Source: Eledone cirrhosa (Eukaryota). Taken from it: 64,000 nucleotides of DNA. The position numbers were made by a program, and so were the translations under genes. Below are positions 24,601-39,600 of the stretch, piece by piece (within the stretch, counting starts at the first letter, position 1; each line of letters starts with the position of its first letter). A model generated the notes under the pieces. It searched no databases, was not told the origin of the DNA, and saw nothing but the letters and a program-made list of their open reading frames with translations. Where the stretch lies: positions 372,001 through 436,000 of the forward strand of contig OZ024764.1 in the NCBI GenBank assembly GCA_964016885.1, written 5' to 3'.

Positions 24601-27600
24601 CATGTGGTTAGAATGTCTGAGGAAAGAATCTCTGAATTGAGAGATCACAGCTGTGATACTACAGACATGTGGTTAGAATGTCTGAGGAAAGAATCTCTAA
24701 ATTGAGAGATCACAGCTCTGATACTACAGACATGTGGTTAGAATGTCTGAGGAAAGAACCTCTGAATTGAGAGACCACAGCTCTGATATTACAGACATGT
24801 GGTTAGAATGTCTGAGGAAAGAATCTCTGAATTGAGAGATCACAGCTCTGATACTACAGACATGTGGTTAAAATGTCTCAGGAAAGAATCTCTGAATTTA
24901 GAGAGCACAGCTCTGATACTACAGACATGTGGTTAGAATGTCTGAGGAAAGAATCTCTGGATTGAGAGACCACAGCTCTGATACTACAGACATGTGGTTA
25001 GAATGTCTGAGGAAAGAATCTCTAAATTGAGAGATCACAGCCCTGATACTACAGACATGTGGTTAGAATGTCTGAGGAAAGAATCTCTGAATTTAGAGAT
25101 CACAGCTCTGATACTACAGACATGTGGTTAGAATGTCTGAGGAAAGAACCTCTAAATTGAGAGATCACAGTGCTGATACTACAGACATGTGGTTAGAATG
25201 TCTGAGGAAAGAATCTCTGAATAGAGAGATCACAGCTCTGATACTACAGACATGTGGTTAGAATGTCTGAGGAAAGAATCTCTGAATTGAGAGATCACAG
25301 CTCTGATACTACAGACATGGGGTTAGAATGTCTCAGGAAAGAATCTCTGAATTTAGAGATCACAGCTCTGATACTACAGCCATGTGGTTAGAATGTCTCA
25401 GGAAAGAATCTCTAAATTGAGAGATCACAGCTCTGATACTACAGACATGCGGTTAGAATGTCTGAGGAAAGAATCTCTGAATTGAGAGATCACAGCTGTG
25501 ATACTACAGACATGTGGTTAGAATGTCTGAGGAAAGAATCTCCTAACTGAGAGATCACAGCTCTGATACTACAGACATGTGGTTAGAATGTCTGAGGAAA
25601 GAATCTCTGGATTGAGAGATCACAGCTCTCATACTACAGACATGTGGTTAGAATGTCTGAGGAAAGAATCTCTGAATTGAGAGATCACAGCTCTGATACT
25701 ACAGACATGGGGTTAGAATGTCTCAGGAAAGAATCTCTGAATTTAGAGATCACAGCTCTGATACTACAGACATGTGGTTAGAATGTCTGAGGAAAGAATC
25801 TCTGGATTGAGAGATCACAGCTCTGATACTACAGACATGTGGTTAGAATGTCTGAGGAAAGAATCTCTGAATTTAGAGATCACAGCTCTGATACTACAGA
25901 CATGTGGTTAGAATGTCTCAGGAAAGAATCTCTAAATTGAGAGATCACAGCTCTGATACTACAGACATGCGGTTAGAATGTCTGAGGAAAGAATCTCTGA
26001 ATTGAGAGATCACAGCTGTAATACTACAGACATGTGGTTAGAATGTCTGACGAAAGAATCTCTGAATTGAGAGATCACAGCTGTGATACTACAGACATGT
26101 GGTTAGAATGTCTGAGGAAAGAATCTCTAAATTGAGAGATCACAGCTCTGATACTACAGACATGTGGTTAGAATGTCTGAGGAAAGAACCTCTGAATTGA
26201 GAGACCACAGCTCTGATATTACAGACATGTGGTTAGAATGTCTGAGGAAAGAATCTCTGAATTGAGAGATCACAGCTCTGATACTACAGACATGTGGTTA
26301 AAATGTCTCAGGAAAGAATCTCTGAATTTAGAGAGCACAGCTCTGATACTACAGACATGTGGTTAGAATGTCTGAGGAAAGAATCTCTGGATTGAGAGAC
26401 CACAGCTCTGATACTACAGACATGTGGTTAGAATGTCTGAGGAAAGAATCTCTAAATTGAGAGATCACAGCCCTGATACTACAGACATGTGGTTAGAATG
26501 TCTGAGGAAAGAATCTCTGAATTTAGAGATCACAGCTCTGATACTACAGACATGTGGTTAGAATGTCTGAGGAAAGAACCTCTAAATTGAGAGATCACAG
26601 CGCTGATACTACAGACATGTGGTTAGAATGTCTGAGGAAAGAATCTCTGAATAGAGAGATCACAGCTCTGATATTACAGACATGTGGTTAGAATGTCTGA
26701 GGAAAGAATCTCTGAATTGAGAGACCACAGCTCTGATACTACAGACATGTGGTTAGAATGTCTGAGGAAAGAATCTCTTAATTGAGAGATCACAGCTCTG
26801 ATACTACAGACATGTGGTTAGAATGTCTGAGGAAAGAATCTCCTAACTGAGAGATCACAGCTCTGATACTACAGACATGTGGTTAGAATGTCTGAGGAAA
26901 GAATCTCTAAATTGAGAGATCACATCGCTGATACTACAGACATGTGGTTAGAATGTCTGAGGAAAGAATCTCTGAATAGAGAGATCACAGCTCTGATACT
27001 ACAGACATGTGGTTAGGATGTCTGAGGAAAGAATCTCTGAATTGAGAGACCACAGCTCTGATACTACAGATATGTGGTTAGAATGTCTCAGGAAAGAATC
27101 TCTGAATTGAGAGATCACAGCTCTGATAATACAGACATGTGGTTAGAATGTCTGAGGAAAGAATCTCTAAATTGAGAGACCACAGCTCTGATACTACAGA
27201 TATGTGGTTAGAATGTCTCAGGAAAGAATCTCTGAATTTAGAGATCACAGCTCTGATACTACAGACATGTGGTTAGAATGTCTGAGGAAAGAATCTCTGG
27301 ATTGAGAGATCACAGCTCTGATACTACAGACATGTGGTTAGAATGTCTCAGGAAAGAACCTCTGAATTGAGAGATCACAGCTCTGATACTACAGACATGC
27401 GGTAAGAATGTCTGAGGAAAGAATCTCTGAATTGAGAGATCACAGCTGTGATACTACAGACATGTGGTTAGAATGTCTGAGGAAAGAATCTCTGAATTGA
27501 GAGACCACAGCTCTGATACTACAGACATGTGGTTAGAATGTCTGAGGAAAGAATCTCTGGATTGAGAGATCACAGCTCTGATACTACAGACATGTGGTTA

Positions 27601-30600
27601 GAATGTCTCAGGAAAGAATCTCTGAATTCAGAGATCACAGCTCTGATACTACAGACATGTGGTTAGAATGTCTGAGGAAAGAATCTCTGGATTGAGAGAT
27701 CACAGCTCTGATACTACAGACATGTGGTTAGAATGTCTGAGGAAAGAATCTCTGGATTGAGAGATCACAGCTCTGATACTACAGACATGTGGTTAGAATG
27801 TCTGAGGAAAGAATCTCTGGATTGAGAGATCACAGCTCTGATACTACAGACATGTGGTTAGAATGTCTGAGGAAAGAATCTCTGAATTTAGAGATCACAG
27901 CTCTGATACTACAGACATGTGGTTAGAATGTCTGAGGAAAGAATCTCTGAATTTAGAGATCACAGCTCTGATACTACAGACACGTGGTTAGAATGTCTCA
28001 GGAAAGAATCTCTAAATTGAGAGATCACAGCTCTGATACTACAGACATGCGGTTAGAATGTCTAAGGAAAGAATCTCTGAATTGAGAGATCACAGCTGTG
28101 ATACTACAGACATGTGGTTAGAATGTCTGAGGAAAGAATCTCCTAACTGAGAGATCACAGCTCTGATACTACAGACATGTGGTTAGAATGTCTGAGGAAA
28201 GAATCTCTAAATTGAGAGATCACAGCTCTGATACTACAGACATGTGGTTAGAATGTCTGAGGAAAGAATCTCTGGATTGAGAGATCACAGCTCTGATACT
28301 ACAGACATGTGGTTAGAATGTCTGAGGAAAGAATCTCTGGATTGAGAGATCACAGCTCTGATACTACAGACATGTGGTTAGAATGTCTGAGGAAAGAATC
28401 TCTGAATTTAGAGATCACAGCTCTGATACTACAGACATGTGGTTAGAATGTCTGAGGAAAGAATCTCTGAATTTAGAGATCACAGCTCTGATACTACAGC
28501 CATGTGGTTAGAATGTCTCAGGAAAGAATCTCTAAATTGAGAGATCACAGCTCTGATACTACAGACATGCGGTTAGAATGTCTGAGGAAAGAATCTCTAA
28601 ATTGAGAGATCACAGCTCTGATACTACAGACATGTAGTTAGAATGTCTGAGGAAAGAACCTCTGAATTGAGAGACCACAGCTCTGATATTACAGACATGT
28701 GGTTAGAATGTCTGAGGAAAGAATCTCTGAATTGAGAGACCACAGCTCTGATACTACAGACATGTGGTTAGAATGTCTGAGGAAAGAATCTCTGAATTGA
28801 GAGATCACAGCTCTGATACTACAGACATGGGGTTAGAATGTCTCAGGAAAGAATCTCTGAATTTAGAGATCACAGCTCTGATACTACAGACATGTGGTTA
28901 GAATGTCTGAGGAAAGAATCTCTGGATTGAGAGATCACAGCTCTGATACTACAGACATGTGGTTAGAATGTCTGAGGAAAGAATCTCTGAATTTAGAGAT
29001 CACAGCTCTGATACTACAGACATGTGGTTAGCATGTCTGAGGAAAGAATCTCTGAATTGAGAGACCACAGCTCTGATACTACAGACATGTGGTTAGAATG
29101 TCTGAGGAAAGAATCTCTGAATTTAGAGATCACAGCTCTGATACTACAGCCATGTGGTTAGAATGTCTCAGGAAAGAATCTCTAAATTGAGAGATCACAG
29201 CTCTGATACTACAGACATGCGGTTAGAATGTCTGAGGAAAGAATCTCTGAATTGAGAGATCACAGCTGTGATACTACAGACATGTGGTTAGAATGTCTGA
29301 GGAAAGAATCTCCTAACTGAGAGATCACAGCTCTGATACTACAAACATGTGGTTAGAATGTCTGAGGAAAGAATCTCTAAATTGAGAGATCACAGCTCTG
29401 ATACTACAGACATGTGGTTAGAATGTCTGAGGAAAGAACCTCTGAATTGAGAGACCACAGCTCTGATATTACAGACATGTGGTTAGAATGTCTGAGGAAA
29501 GAATCTCTGAATTGAGAGACCACAGCTCTGATACTACAGACATGTGGTTAGAATGTCTGAGGAAAGAATCTCTGAATTGAGAGATCACAGCTCTGATACT
29601 ACAGACATGGGGTTAGAATGTCTGAGGAAAGAATCTCTAAATTGAGAGATCACAGCCCTGATACTACAGACATGTGGTTAGAATGTCTGAGGAAAGAATC
29701 TCTGAATTTAGAGATCACAGCTCTGATACTACAGACATGTGGTTAGAATGTCTGAGGAAAGAACCTCTAAATTGAGAGATCACAGCGCTGATACTACAGA
29801 CATGTGATTAGAATGTCTGAGGAAAGAATCTCTGAATAGAGAGATCACAGCTCTGATACTACAGACATGTGGTTAGAATGTCTGAGGAAAGAATCTCTGA
29901 ATTTAGAGATCACAGCTCTGATACTACAGACATGTGGTTAGAATGTCTCAGGAAAGAATCTCTAAATTGAGAGATCACAGCTCTGATACTACAGACATGC
30001 GGTTAGAATGTCTGAGGAAAGAATCTCTGAATTGAGAGATCACAGATGTAATACTACAGACATGTGGTTAGAATGTCTGAGGAAAGAATCTCTGAATTGA
30101 GAGATCACAGCTGTGATACTACAGACATGTGGTTAGAATGTCTGAGGAAAGAATCTCCTAACTGAGAGATCACAGCTCTGATACTACAGACATGTGGTTA
30201 GAATGTCTGAGGAAAGAATCTCTAAATTGAGAGATCACAGCTCTGATACTACAGACATGGGGTTAGAATGTCTCAGGAAAGAATCTCTGAATTTAGAGAG
30301 CACAGCTCTGATACTACAGACATGTGGTTAGAATGTCTGAGGAAAGAATCTCTGGATTGAGAGACCACAGCTCTGATACTACAGACATGCGGTTAGAATG
30401 TCTGAGGAAAGAATCTCTGAATTGAGAGATCACAGATGTAATACTACAGACATGTGGTTAGAATGTCTGAGGAAAGAATCTCTGAATTTAGAGATCACAG
30501 CTCTGATACTACAGACATGTGGTTAGAATGTCTCAGGAAAGAATCTCTAAATTGAGAGATCACAGCTCTGATACTACAGACATGCGGTTAGAATGTCTGA

Positions 30601-33600
30601 GGAAAGAATCTCTGAATTGAGAGATCACAGATGTAATACTACAGACATGTGGTTAGAATGTCTGAGGAAAGAATCTCTGAATTGAGAGATCACAGCTGTG
30701 ATACTACAGACATGTGGTTAGAATGTCTGAGGAAAGAATCTCCTAACTGAGAGATCACAGCTCTGATACTACAGACATGTGGTTAGAATGTCTGAGGAAA
30801 GAATCTCTAAATTGAGAGATCACAGCTCTGATACTACAGACATGTGGTTAGAATGTCTGAGGAAAGAACCTCTGAATTGAGAGACCACAGCTCTGATATT
30901 ACAGACATGTGGTTAGAATGTCTGAGGAAAGAATCTCTGAATTGAGAGATCACAGCTCTGATACTACAGACATGGGGTTAGAATGTCTCAGGAAAGAATC
31001 TCTGAATTTAGAGAGCACAGCTCTGTTACTACAGACATGTGGTTAGAATGTCTGAGGAAAGAATCTCTGGATTGAGAGACCACAGCTCTGATACTACAGA
31101 CATGTGGTTAGAATGTCTGAGGAAAGAATCTCTGGATTGAGAGATCACAGCTCTGATACTACAGACATGTGGTTAGAATGTCTGAGGAAAGAATCTCTAA
31201 ATTGAGAGATCACAGCTCTGATACTACAGACATGTGGTTAGAATGTCTGAGGAAAGAATCTCTGAATTGAGAGACCACAGCTCTGATACTACAGACATGT
31301 GGTTAGAATGTCTGAGGAAAGAATCTCTGAATTGAGAGATCACAGCTCTGATACTACAGACATGTGGTTAGAATGTCTGAGGAAAGAATCTCTGGATTGA
31401 GAGATCACAGCTCTGATACTACAGACATGTGGTTAGAATGTCTGAGGAAAGAATCTCTAAATTGAGAGATCACATCGCTGATACTACAGACATGTGGTTA
31501 GAATGTCTGAGGAAAGAATCTCTGAATTTAGAGATCACAGCTCTGATACTACAGACATGTGGTTAGAATGTCTGAGGAAAGAATCTCTGAATTTAGAGAT
31601 CACAGCTCTGATACTACAGACATGTGGTTAGAATGTCTGAGGAAAGAATCTCTAAATTGAGAGATCACAGCGCTGATACTACAGACATGTGGTTAGAATG
31701 TCTGAGGAAAGAATCTCTGAATAGAGAGATCACAGCTCTGATACTACAGACATGTGGTTAGAATGTCTGAGGAAAGAATCTCTGAATTGAGAGACCACAG
31801 CTCTGATACTACAGACATGTGGTTAGAATGTCTGAAGAAAGAATCTCTGAATTGAGAGATCACAGCTGTGATACTACAGACATGTGGTTAGAATGTCTGA
31901 GGAATGAATCTCCTAACTGAGAGATCACAGCTCTGATACTACAGACATGTGGTTAGAATGTCTGAGGAAAGAATCTCTAAATTGAGAGATCACAGCTCTG
32001 ATACTACAGACATGTGGTTAGAATGTCTGAGGAAAGAATCTCTGAATTGAGAGATCACAGCTCTGATACTACAGACATGGGGTTAGAATGTCTCAGGAAA
32101 GAATCTCTGAATTGAGAGATCACAGCTCTGATACTACAGACATGTGGTTAGAATGTCTGAGGAAAGAACCTCTAAATTGAGAGATCACAGCGCTGATACT
32201 ACAGACATGTGGTTAGAATGTCTGAGGAAAGAATCTCTGAATTGAGAGACCACAGCTCTGATACTACAGACATGTGGTTAGAATGTCTCAGGAAAGAATC
32301 TCTAAATTGAGAGATCACAGCTCTGATACTACAGACATGTGGTTAGAATGTCTGAGGAAAGAATCTCTAAATTGAGAGATCACATCGCTGATACTACAGA
32401 CATGTGGTTAGAATGTCTGAGGAAAGAATCTCTGAATTTAGAGATCACAGCTCTGATACTACAGACATGTGGTTAGAATGTCTGAGGAAAGAATCTCTGA
32501 ATTTAGAGATCACAGCTCTGATACTACAGACATGTGGTTAGAATGTCTGAGGAAAGAATCTCTAAATTGAGAGATCACAGCGCTGATACTACAGACATGT
32601 GGTTAGAATGTCTGAGGAAAGAATCTCTGAATAGAGAGATCACAGCTCTGATACTACAGACATGTGGTTAGAATGTCTGAGGAAAGAATCTCTGAATTGA
32701 GAGACCACAGCTCTGATACTACAGACATGTGGTTAGAATGTCTGAAGAAAGAATCTCTGAATTGAGAGATCACAGCTGTGATACTACAGACATGTGGTTA
32801 GAATGTCTGAGGAATGAATCTCCTAACTGAGAGATCACAGCTCTGATACTACAGACATGTGGTTAGAATGTCTGAGGAAAGAATCTCTAAATTGAGAGAT
32901 CACAGCTCTGATACTACAGACATGTGGTTAGAATGTCTGAGGAAAGAATCTCTGAATTGAGAGATCACAGCTCTGATACTACAGACATGGGGTTAGAATG
33001 TCTCAGGAAAGAATCTCTGAATTGAGAGATCACAGCTCTGATACTACAGACATGTGGTTAGAATGTCTGAGGAAAGAAGCTCTGAATTGAGAGATCACAG
33101 CTCTGATACTACAGACATGGGGTTAGAATGTCTGAGGAAAGAATCTCTGAATTGAGAGATCACAACTCTGATACTACAGACATGGGGTTAGAATGTCTGA
33201 GGAAAGAATCTCTGAATTGAGAGATCACAGCTCTGATATTACAGACATGTGGTTAGAATGTCTCAGGAAAGAATCTCTGAATTGAGAGATCACAGCTCTG
33301 ATACTACAGACATGCGGTTAGAATGTCTGAGGAAAGAATCTCTGAATTGAGAGATCACAGCTGTGATACTACAGACATGTGGTTAGAATGTCTGAGGAAA
33401 GAATCTCCTAACTGAGAGATCACAGCTCTGATACTACAAACATGTGGTTAGAATGTCTGAGGAAAGAATCTCTAAATTGAGAGATCACAGCTCTGATACT
33501 ACAGACATGTAGTTAGAATGTCTGAGGAAAGAACCTCTGAATTGAGAGACCACAGCTCTGATATTACAGACATGTGGTTAGAATGTCTGAGGAAAGAATC

Positions 33601-36600
33601 TCTGAATTGAGAGACCACAGCTCTGATACTACAGACATGTGGTTAGAATGTCTGAGGAAAGAATCTCTGAATTGAGAGATCACAGCTCTGATACTACAGA
33701 CATGGGGTTAGAATGTCTGAGGAAAGAATCTCTAAATTGAGAGATCACAGCCCTGATACTACAGACATGTGGTTAGAATGTCTGAGGAAAGAATCTCTGA
33801 ATTTAGAGATCACAGCTCTGATACTACAGACATGTGGTTAGAATGTCTGAGGAAAGAACCTCTAAATTGAGAGATCACAGCGCTGATACTACAGACATGT
33901 GGTTAGAATGTCTGAGGAAAGAATCTCTGAATAGAGAGATCACAGCTCTGATACTACAGACATGTGGTTAGAATGTCTGAGGAAAGAATCTCTGAATTGA
34001 GAGACCACAGCTCTGATACTACAGACATGTGGTTAGAATGTCTGAGGAAAGAATCTCTGAATTGAGAGATCACAGCTCTGATACTACAGACATGTGGTTA
34101 GAATGTCTCAGGAAAGAATCTCTAAATTGAGAGATCACAGCTCTGATACTACAGACATGTGGTTAGAATGTCTGAGGAAAGAACCTCTGAATTGAGAGAC
34201 CACAGCTCTGATACTACAGACATGCGGTTAGAATGTCTGAGGAAAGAATCTCTGAATTGAGAGATCACAGATGTAATACTACAGACATGTGGTTAGAATG
34301 TCTGAGGAAAGAATCTCTGAATTGAGAGACCACAGCTCTGATACTACAGATATGTGGTTAGAATGTCTGAGGAAAGAATCTCTGAATTGAGAGATCACAG
34401 CTCTGATACTACAGACATGTGGTTAGAATGTCTGAGGAAAGAATCTCCTAACTGAGAGATCACAGCTCTGATACTACAGACATGTGGTTAGAATGTCTGA
34501 GGAAAGAATCTCTAAATTGAGAGATCACATCGCTGATACTACAGACATGTGGTTAGAATGTCTGAGGAAAGAATCTCTGAATTTAGAGATCACAGCTCTG
34601 ATACTACAGACATGTGGTTAGAATGTCTGAGGAAAGAATCTCTGAATTTAGAGATCACAGCTCTGATACTACAGACATGTGGTTAGAATGTCTGAGGAAA
34701 GAATCTCTAAATTGAGAGATCACAGCGCTGATACTACAGACATGTGGTTAGAATGTCTGAGGAAAGAATCTCTGAATAGAGAGATCACAGCTCTGATACT
34801 ACAGACATGTGGTTAGAATGTCTGAGGAAAGAATCTCTGAATTGAGAGACCACAGCTCTGATACTACAGACATGTGGTTAGAATGTCTGAAGAAAGAATC
34901 TCTGAATTGAGAGATCACAGCTGTGATACTACAGACATGTGGTTAGAATGTCTGAGGAATGAATCTCCTAACTGAGAGATCACAGCTCTGATACTACAGA
35001 CATGTGGTTAGAATGTCTGAGGAAAGAATCTCTAAATTGAGAGATCACAGCTCTGATACTACAGACATGTGGTTAGAATGTCTGAGGAAAGAATCTCTGA
35101 ATTGAGAGATCACAGCTCTGATACTACAGACATGGGGTTAGAATGTCTCAGGAAAGAATCTCTGAATTGAGAGATCACAGCTCTGATACTACAGACATGT
35201 GGTTAGAATGTCTGAGGAAAGAACCTCTAAATTGAGAGATCACAGCGCTGATACTACAGACATGTGGTTAGAATGTCTGAGGAAAGAATCTCTGAATAGA
35301 GAGATCACAGCTCTGATGCTACAGACATGTGGTTAGAATGTCTGAGGAAAGAATCTCTGAATTGAGAGACCACAGCTCTGATACTACAGACATGTGGTTA
35401 GAATGTCTGAGGAAAGAATCTCTGAATTGAGAGATCACAGCTCTGATACTACAGACATGTGGTTAGAATGTCTGAGGAAAGAATCTCCTAACTGAGAGAT
35501 CACAGCTCTGATACTACAGACATGTGGTTAGAATGTCTGAGGAAAGAATCTCTAAATTGAGAGATCACATCGCTGATACTACAGACATGTGGTTAGAATG
35601 TCTGAGGAAAGAATCTCTGAATTTAGAGATCACAGCTCTGATACTACAGACATGTGGTTAGAATGTCTGAGGAAAGAATCTCTGAATTTAGAGATCACAG
35701 CTCTGATACTACAGACATGTGGTTAGAATGTCTGAGGAAAGAATCTCTAAATTGAGAGATCACAGCGCTGATACTACAGACATGTGGTTAGAATGTCTGA
35801 GGAAAGAATCTCTGAATAGAGAGATCACAGCTCTGATACTACAGACATGTGGTTAGAATGTCTGAGGAAAGAATCTCTGAATTGAGAGACCACAGCTCTG
35901 ATACTACAGATATGTGGTTAGAATGTCTGAAGAAAGAATCTCTGAATTGAGAGATCACAGCTGTGATACTACAGACATGTGGTTAGAATGTCTGAGGAAT
36001 GAATCTCCTAACTGAGAGATCACAGCTCTGATACTACAGACATGTGGTTAGAATGTCTGAGGAAAGAATCTCTAAATTGAGAGATCACAGCTCTGATACT
36101 ACAGACATGTGGTTAGAATGTCTGAGGAAAGAATCTCTGAATTGAGAGATCACAGCTCTGATACTACAGACATGGGGTTAGAATGTCTCAGGAAAGAATC
36201 TCTGAATTGAGAGATCACAGCTCTGATACTACAGACATGTGGTTAGAATGTCTGAGGAAAGAAGCTCTGAATTGAGAGATCACAGCTCTGATACTACAGA
36301 CATGGGGTTAGAATGTCTGAGGAAAGAATCTCTGAATTGAGAGATCACAACTCTGATACTACAGACATGGGGTTAGAATGTCTCAGGAAAGAATCTCTGA
36401 ATTGAGAGATCACAGCTCTGATATTACAGACATGTGGTTAGAATGTCTCAGGAAAGAATCTCTGAATTGAGAGACCACAGCTCTGATACTACAGACATGT
36501 GGTTAGAATGTCTGAGGAAAGAATCTCTGAATTTAGAGATCACAGCTCTGATACTACAGACATGTGGTTAGAATGTCTGAGGAAAGAATCTCTGAATTTA

Positions 36601-39600
36601 GAGATCACAGCTCTGATACTACAGACATGTGGTTAGAATGTCTCAGGAAAGAATCTCTAAATTGAGAGATCACAGCTCTGATACTACAGACATGCGGTTA
36701 GAATGTCTGCGGAAAGAATCTCTGAATTGAGAGATCACAGCTGTAATACTACAGACATGTGGTTAGAATGTCTGAGGAAAGAATCTCTGAATTGAGAGAT
36801 CACAGCTGTGATACTACAGACATGTGGTTAGAATGTCTGAGGAAAGAATCTCTGGATTGAGAGATCACAGCTCTGATACTACAGACATGTGGTTAGAATG
36901 TCTGAGGAAAGAATCTCTAAATTGAGAGATCACAGCTCTGATACTACAGACATGTGGTTAGAATGTCTGAGGAAAGAACCTCTGAATTGAGAGACCACAG
37001 CTCTGATATTACAGACATGTGGTTAGAATGTCTGAGGAAAGAATCTCTGAATTGAGAGATCACAGCTCTGATACTACAGACATGGGGTTAGAATGTCTCA
37101 GGAAAGAATCTCTGAATTTAGAGAGCACAGCTCTGATACTACAGACATGTGGTTAGAATGTCTGAGGAAAGAATCTCTGGATTGAGAGACCACAGCTCTG
37201 ATACTACAGACATGTGGTTAGAATGTCTGAGGAAAGAATCTCTGGATTGAGAGATCACAGCTCTGATACTACAGACATGTGGTTAGAATGTCTGAGGAAA
37301 GAATCTCTGAATTTAGAGATCACAGCTCTGATACTACAGACATGTGGTTAGAATGTCTCAGGAAAGAATCTCTAAATTGAGAGATCACAGCTGTGATACT
37401 ACAGACATGCGGTTAGAATGTCTGAGGAAAGAATCTCTGGATTGAGAGATCACAGCTCTGATACTACAGACATGTGGTTAGAATGTCTGAGGAAAGAACC
37501 TCTAAATTGAGAGATCACAGCGCTGATACTACAGACATGTGGTTAGAATATCTGAGGAAAGAATCTCTGAATAGAGAGATCACAGCTCTGATACTACAGA
37601 CATGTGGTTAGAATGTCTGAGGAAAGAATCTCTGAATAGAGAGATCACAGCTCTGATACTACAGACATGTGGTTAGAATGTCTGAGGAAAGAATCTCTGA
37701 ATTGAGAGACCACAGCTCTGATACTACAGACATGTGGTTAGAATGTCTGAGGAAAGAATCTCTGGATTGAGAGATCACAGCTCTGATACTACAGACATGT
37801 GGTTAGAATGTCTGAGGAAAGAATCTCTGAATTTAGAGATCACAGCTCTGATACTACAGACATGTGGTTAGAATGTCTGAGGAAAGAATCTCTGGATTGA
37901 GAGATCACAGCTCTGATACTACAGACATGTGGTTAGAATGTCTGAGGAAAGAATCTCTGGATTGAGAGATCACAGCTCTGATACTACAGACATGTGGTTA
38001 GAATGTCTGAGAAAAGAATCTCTGAATTTAGAGATCACAGCTCTGATACTACAGACATGTGGTTAGAATGTCTGAGGAAAGAATCTCTGAATTTAGAGAT
38101 CACAGCTCTGATACTACAGACATGTGGTTAGAATGTCTCAGGAAAGAATCTCTAAATTGAGAGATCACAGCTGTGATACTACAGACATGCGGTTAGAATG
38201 TCTGAGGAAAGAATCTCTGAATTGAGAGATCACAGCTGTGATACTACAGACATGTGGTTAGAATGTCTGAGGAAAGAATCTCCTAACTGAGAGATCACAG
38301 CTCTGATACTACAGACATGTGGTTAGAATGTCTGAGGAAAGAATCTCTGAATTGAGAGATCACAGCTCTGATATTACAGACATGTGGTTAGAATGTCTGA
38401 GGAAAGAATCTCTGAATTGAGAGACCACAGCTCTGATACTACAGACATGTGGTTAGAATGTCTGAGGAAAGAATCTCTGAATTGAGAGATCACAGCTCTG
38501 ATACTACAGACATGGGGTTAGAATGTCTCAGGAAAGTATCTCTGAATTTAGAGATCACAGCTCTGATACTACAGACATGTGGTTAGAATGTCTGAGGAAA
38601 GAATCTCTGGATTGAGAGATCACAGCTCTGATACTACAGACATGTGGTTAGAATGTCTGAGGAAAGAATCTCCTAACTGAGAGATCACAGCTCTGATACT
38701 ACAGACATGTGGTTAGAATGTCTGAGGAAAGAATCTCTGGATTGAGAGATCACAGCTCTGATACTACAGACATGTGGTTAGAATGTCTGAGGAAAGAATC
38801 TCTGAATTGAGAGATCACAGCTGTGATACTACAGACATGTGGTTAGAATGTCTGAGGAAAGAATCTCTGGATTGAGAGATCACAGCTCTGATACTACAGA
38901 CATGTGGTTAGAATGTCTGAGGAAAGAATCTCTGGATTGAGAGATCACAGCTCTGATACTACAGACATGTGGTTAGAATGTCTGAGGAAAGAATCTCTGA
39001 ATTTAGAGATCACAGCTCTGATACTACAGACATGTGGTTAGAATGTCTGAGGAAAGAATCTCTGAATTTAGAGATCACAGCTCTGATACTACAGACATGT
39101 GGTTAGAATGTCTCGGGAAAGAATCTCTAAATTGAGAGATCACAGCTCTGATACTACAGACATGCGGTTAGAATGTCTGAGGAAAGACTCTCTGAATTGA
39201 GAGATCACAGCTGTAATACTACAGACATGTGGTTAGAATGTCTGAGGAAAGAATCTCTGAATTGAGAGATCACAGCTGTGATACTACAGACATGTGGTTA
39301 GAATGTCTGAGGAAAGAATCTCCTAACTGAGAGATCACAGCTCTGATACTACAGACATGTGGTTAGAATGTCTGAGGAAAGAATCTCTAAATTGAGAGAT
39401 CACAGCTCTGATACTACAGACATGTGGTTAGAATGTCTGAGGAAAGAACCTCTGAATTGAGAGACCACAGCTCTGATATTACAGACATGTGGTTAGAATG
39501 TCTGAGGAAAGAATCTCTGAATTGAGAGATCACAGCTCTGATACTACAGACATGGGGTTAGAATGTCTCAGGAAAGAATCTCTGAATTTAGAGAGCACAG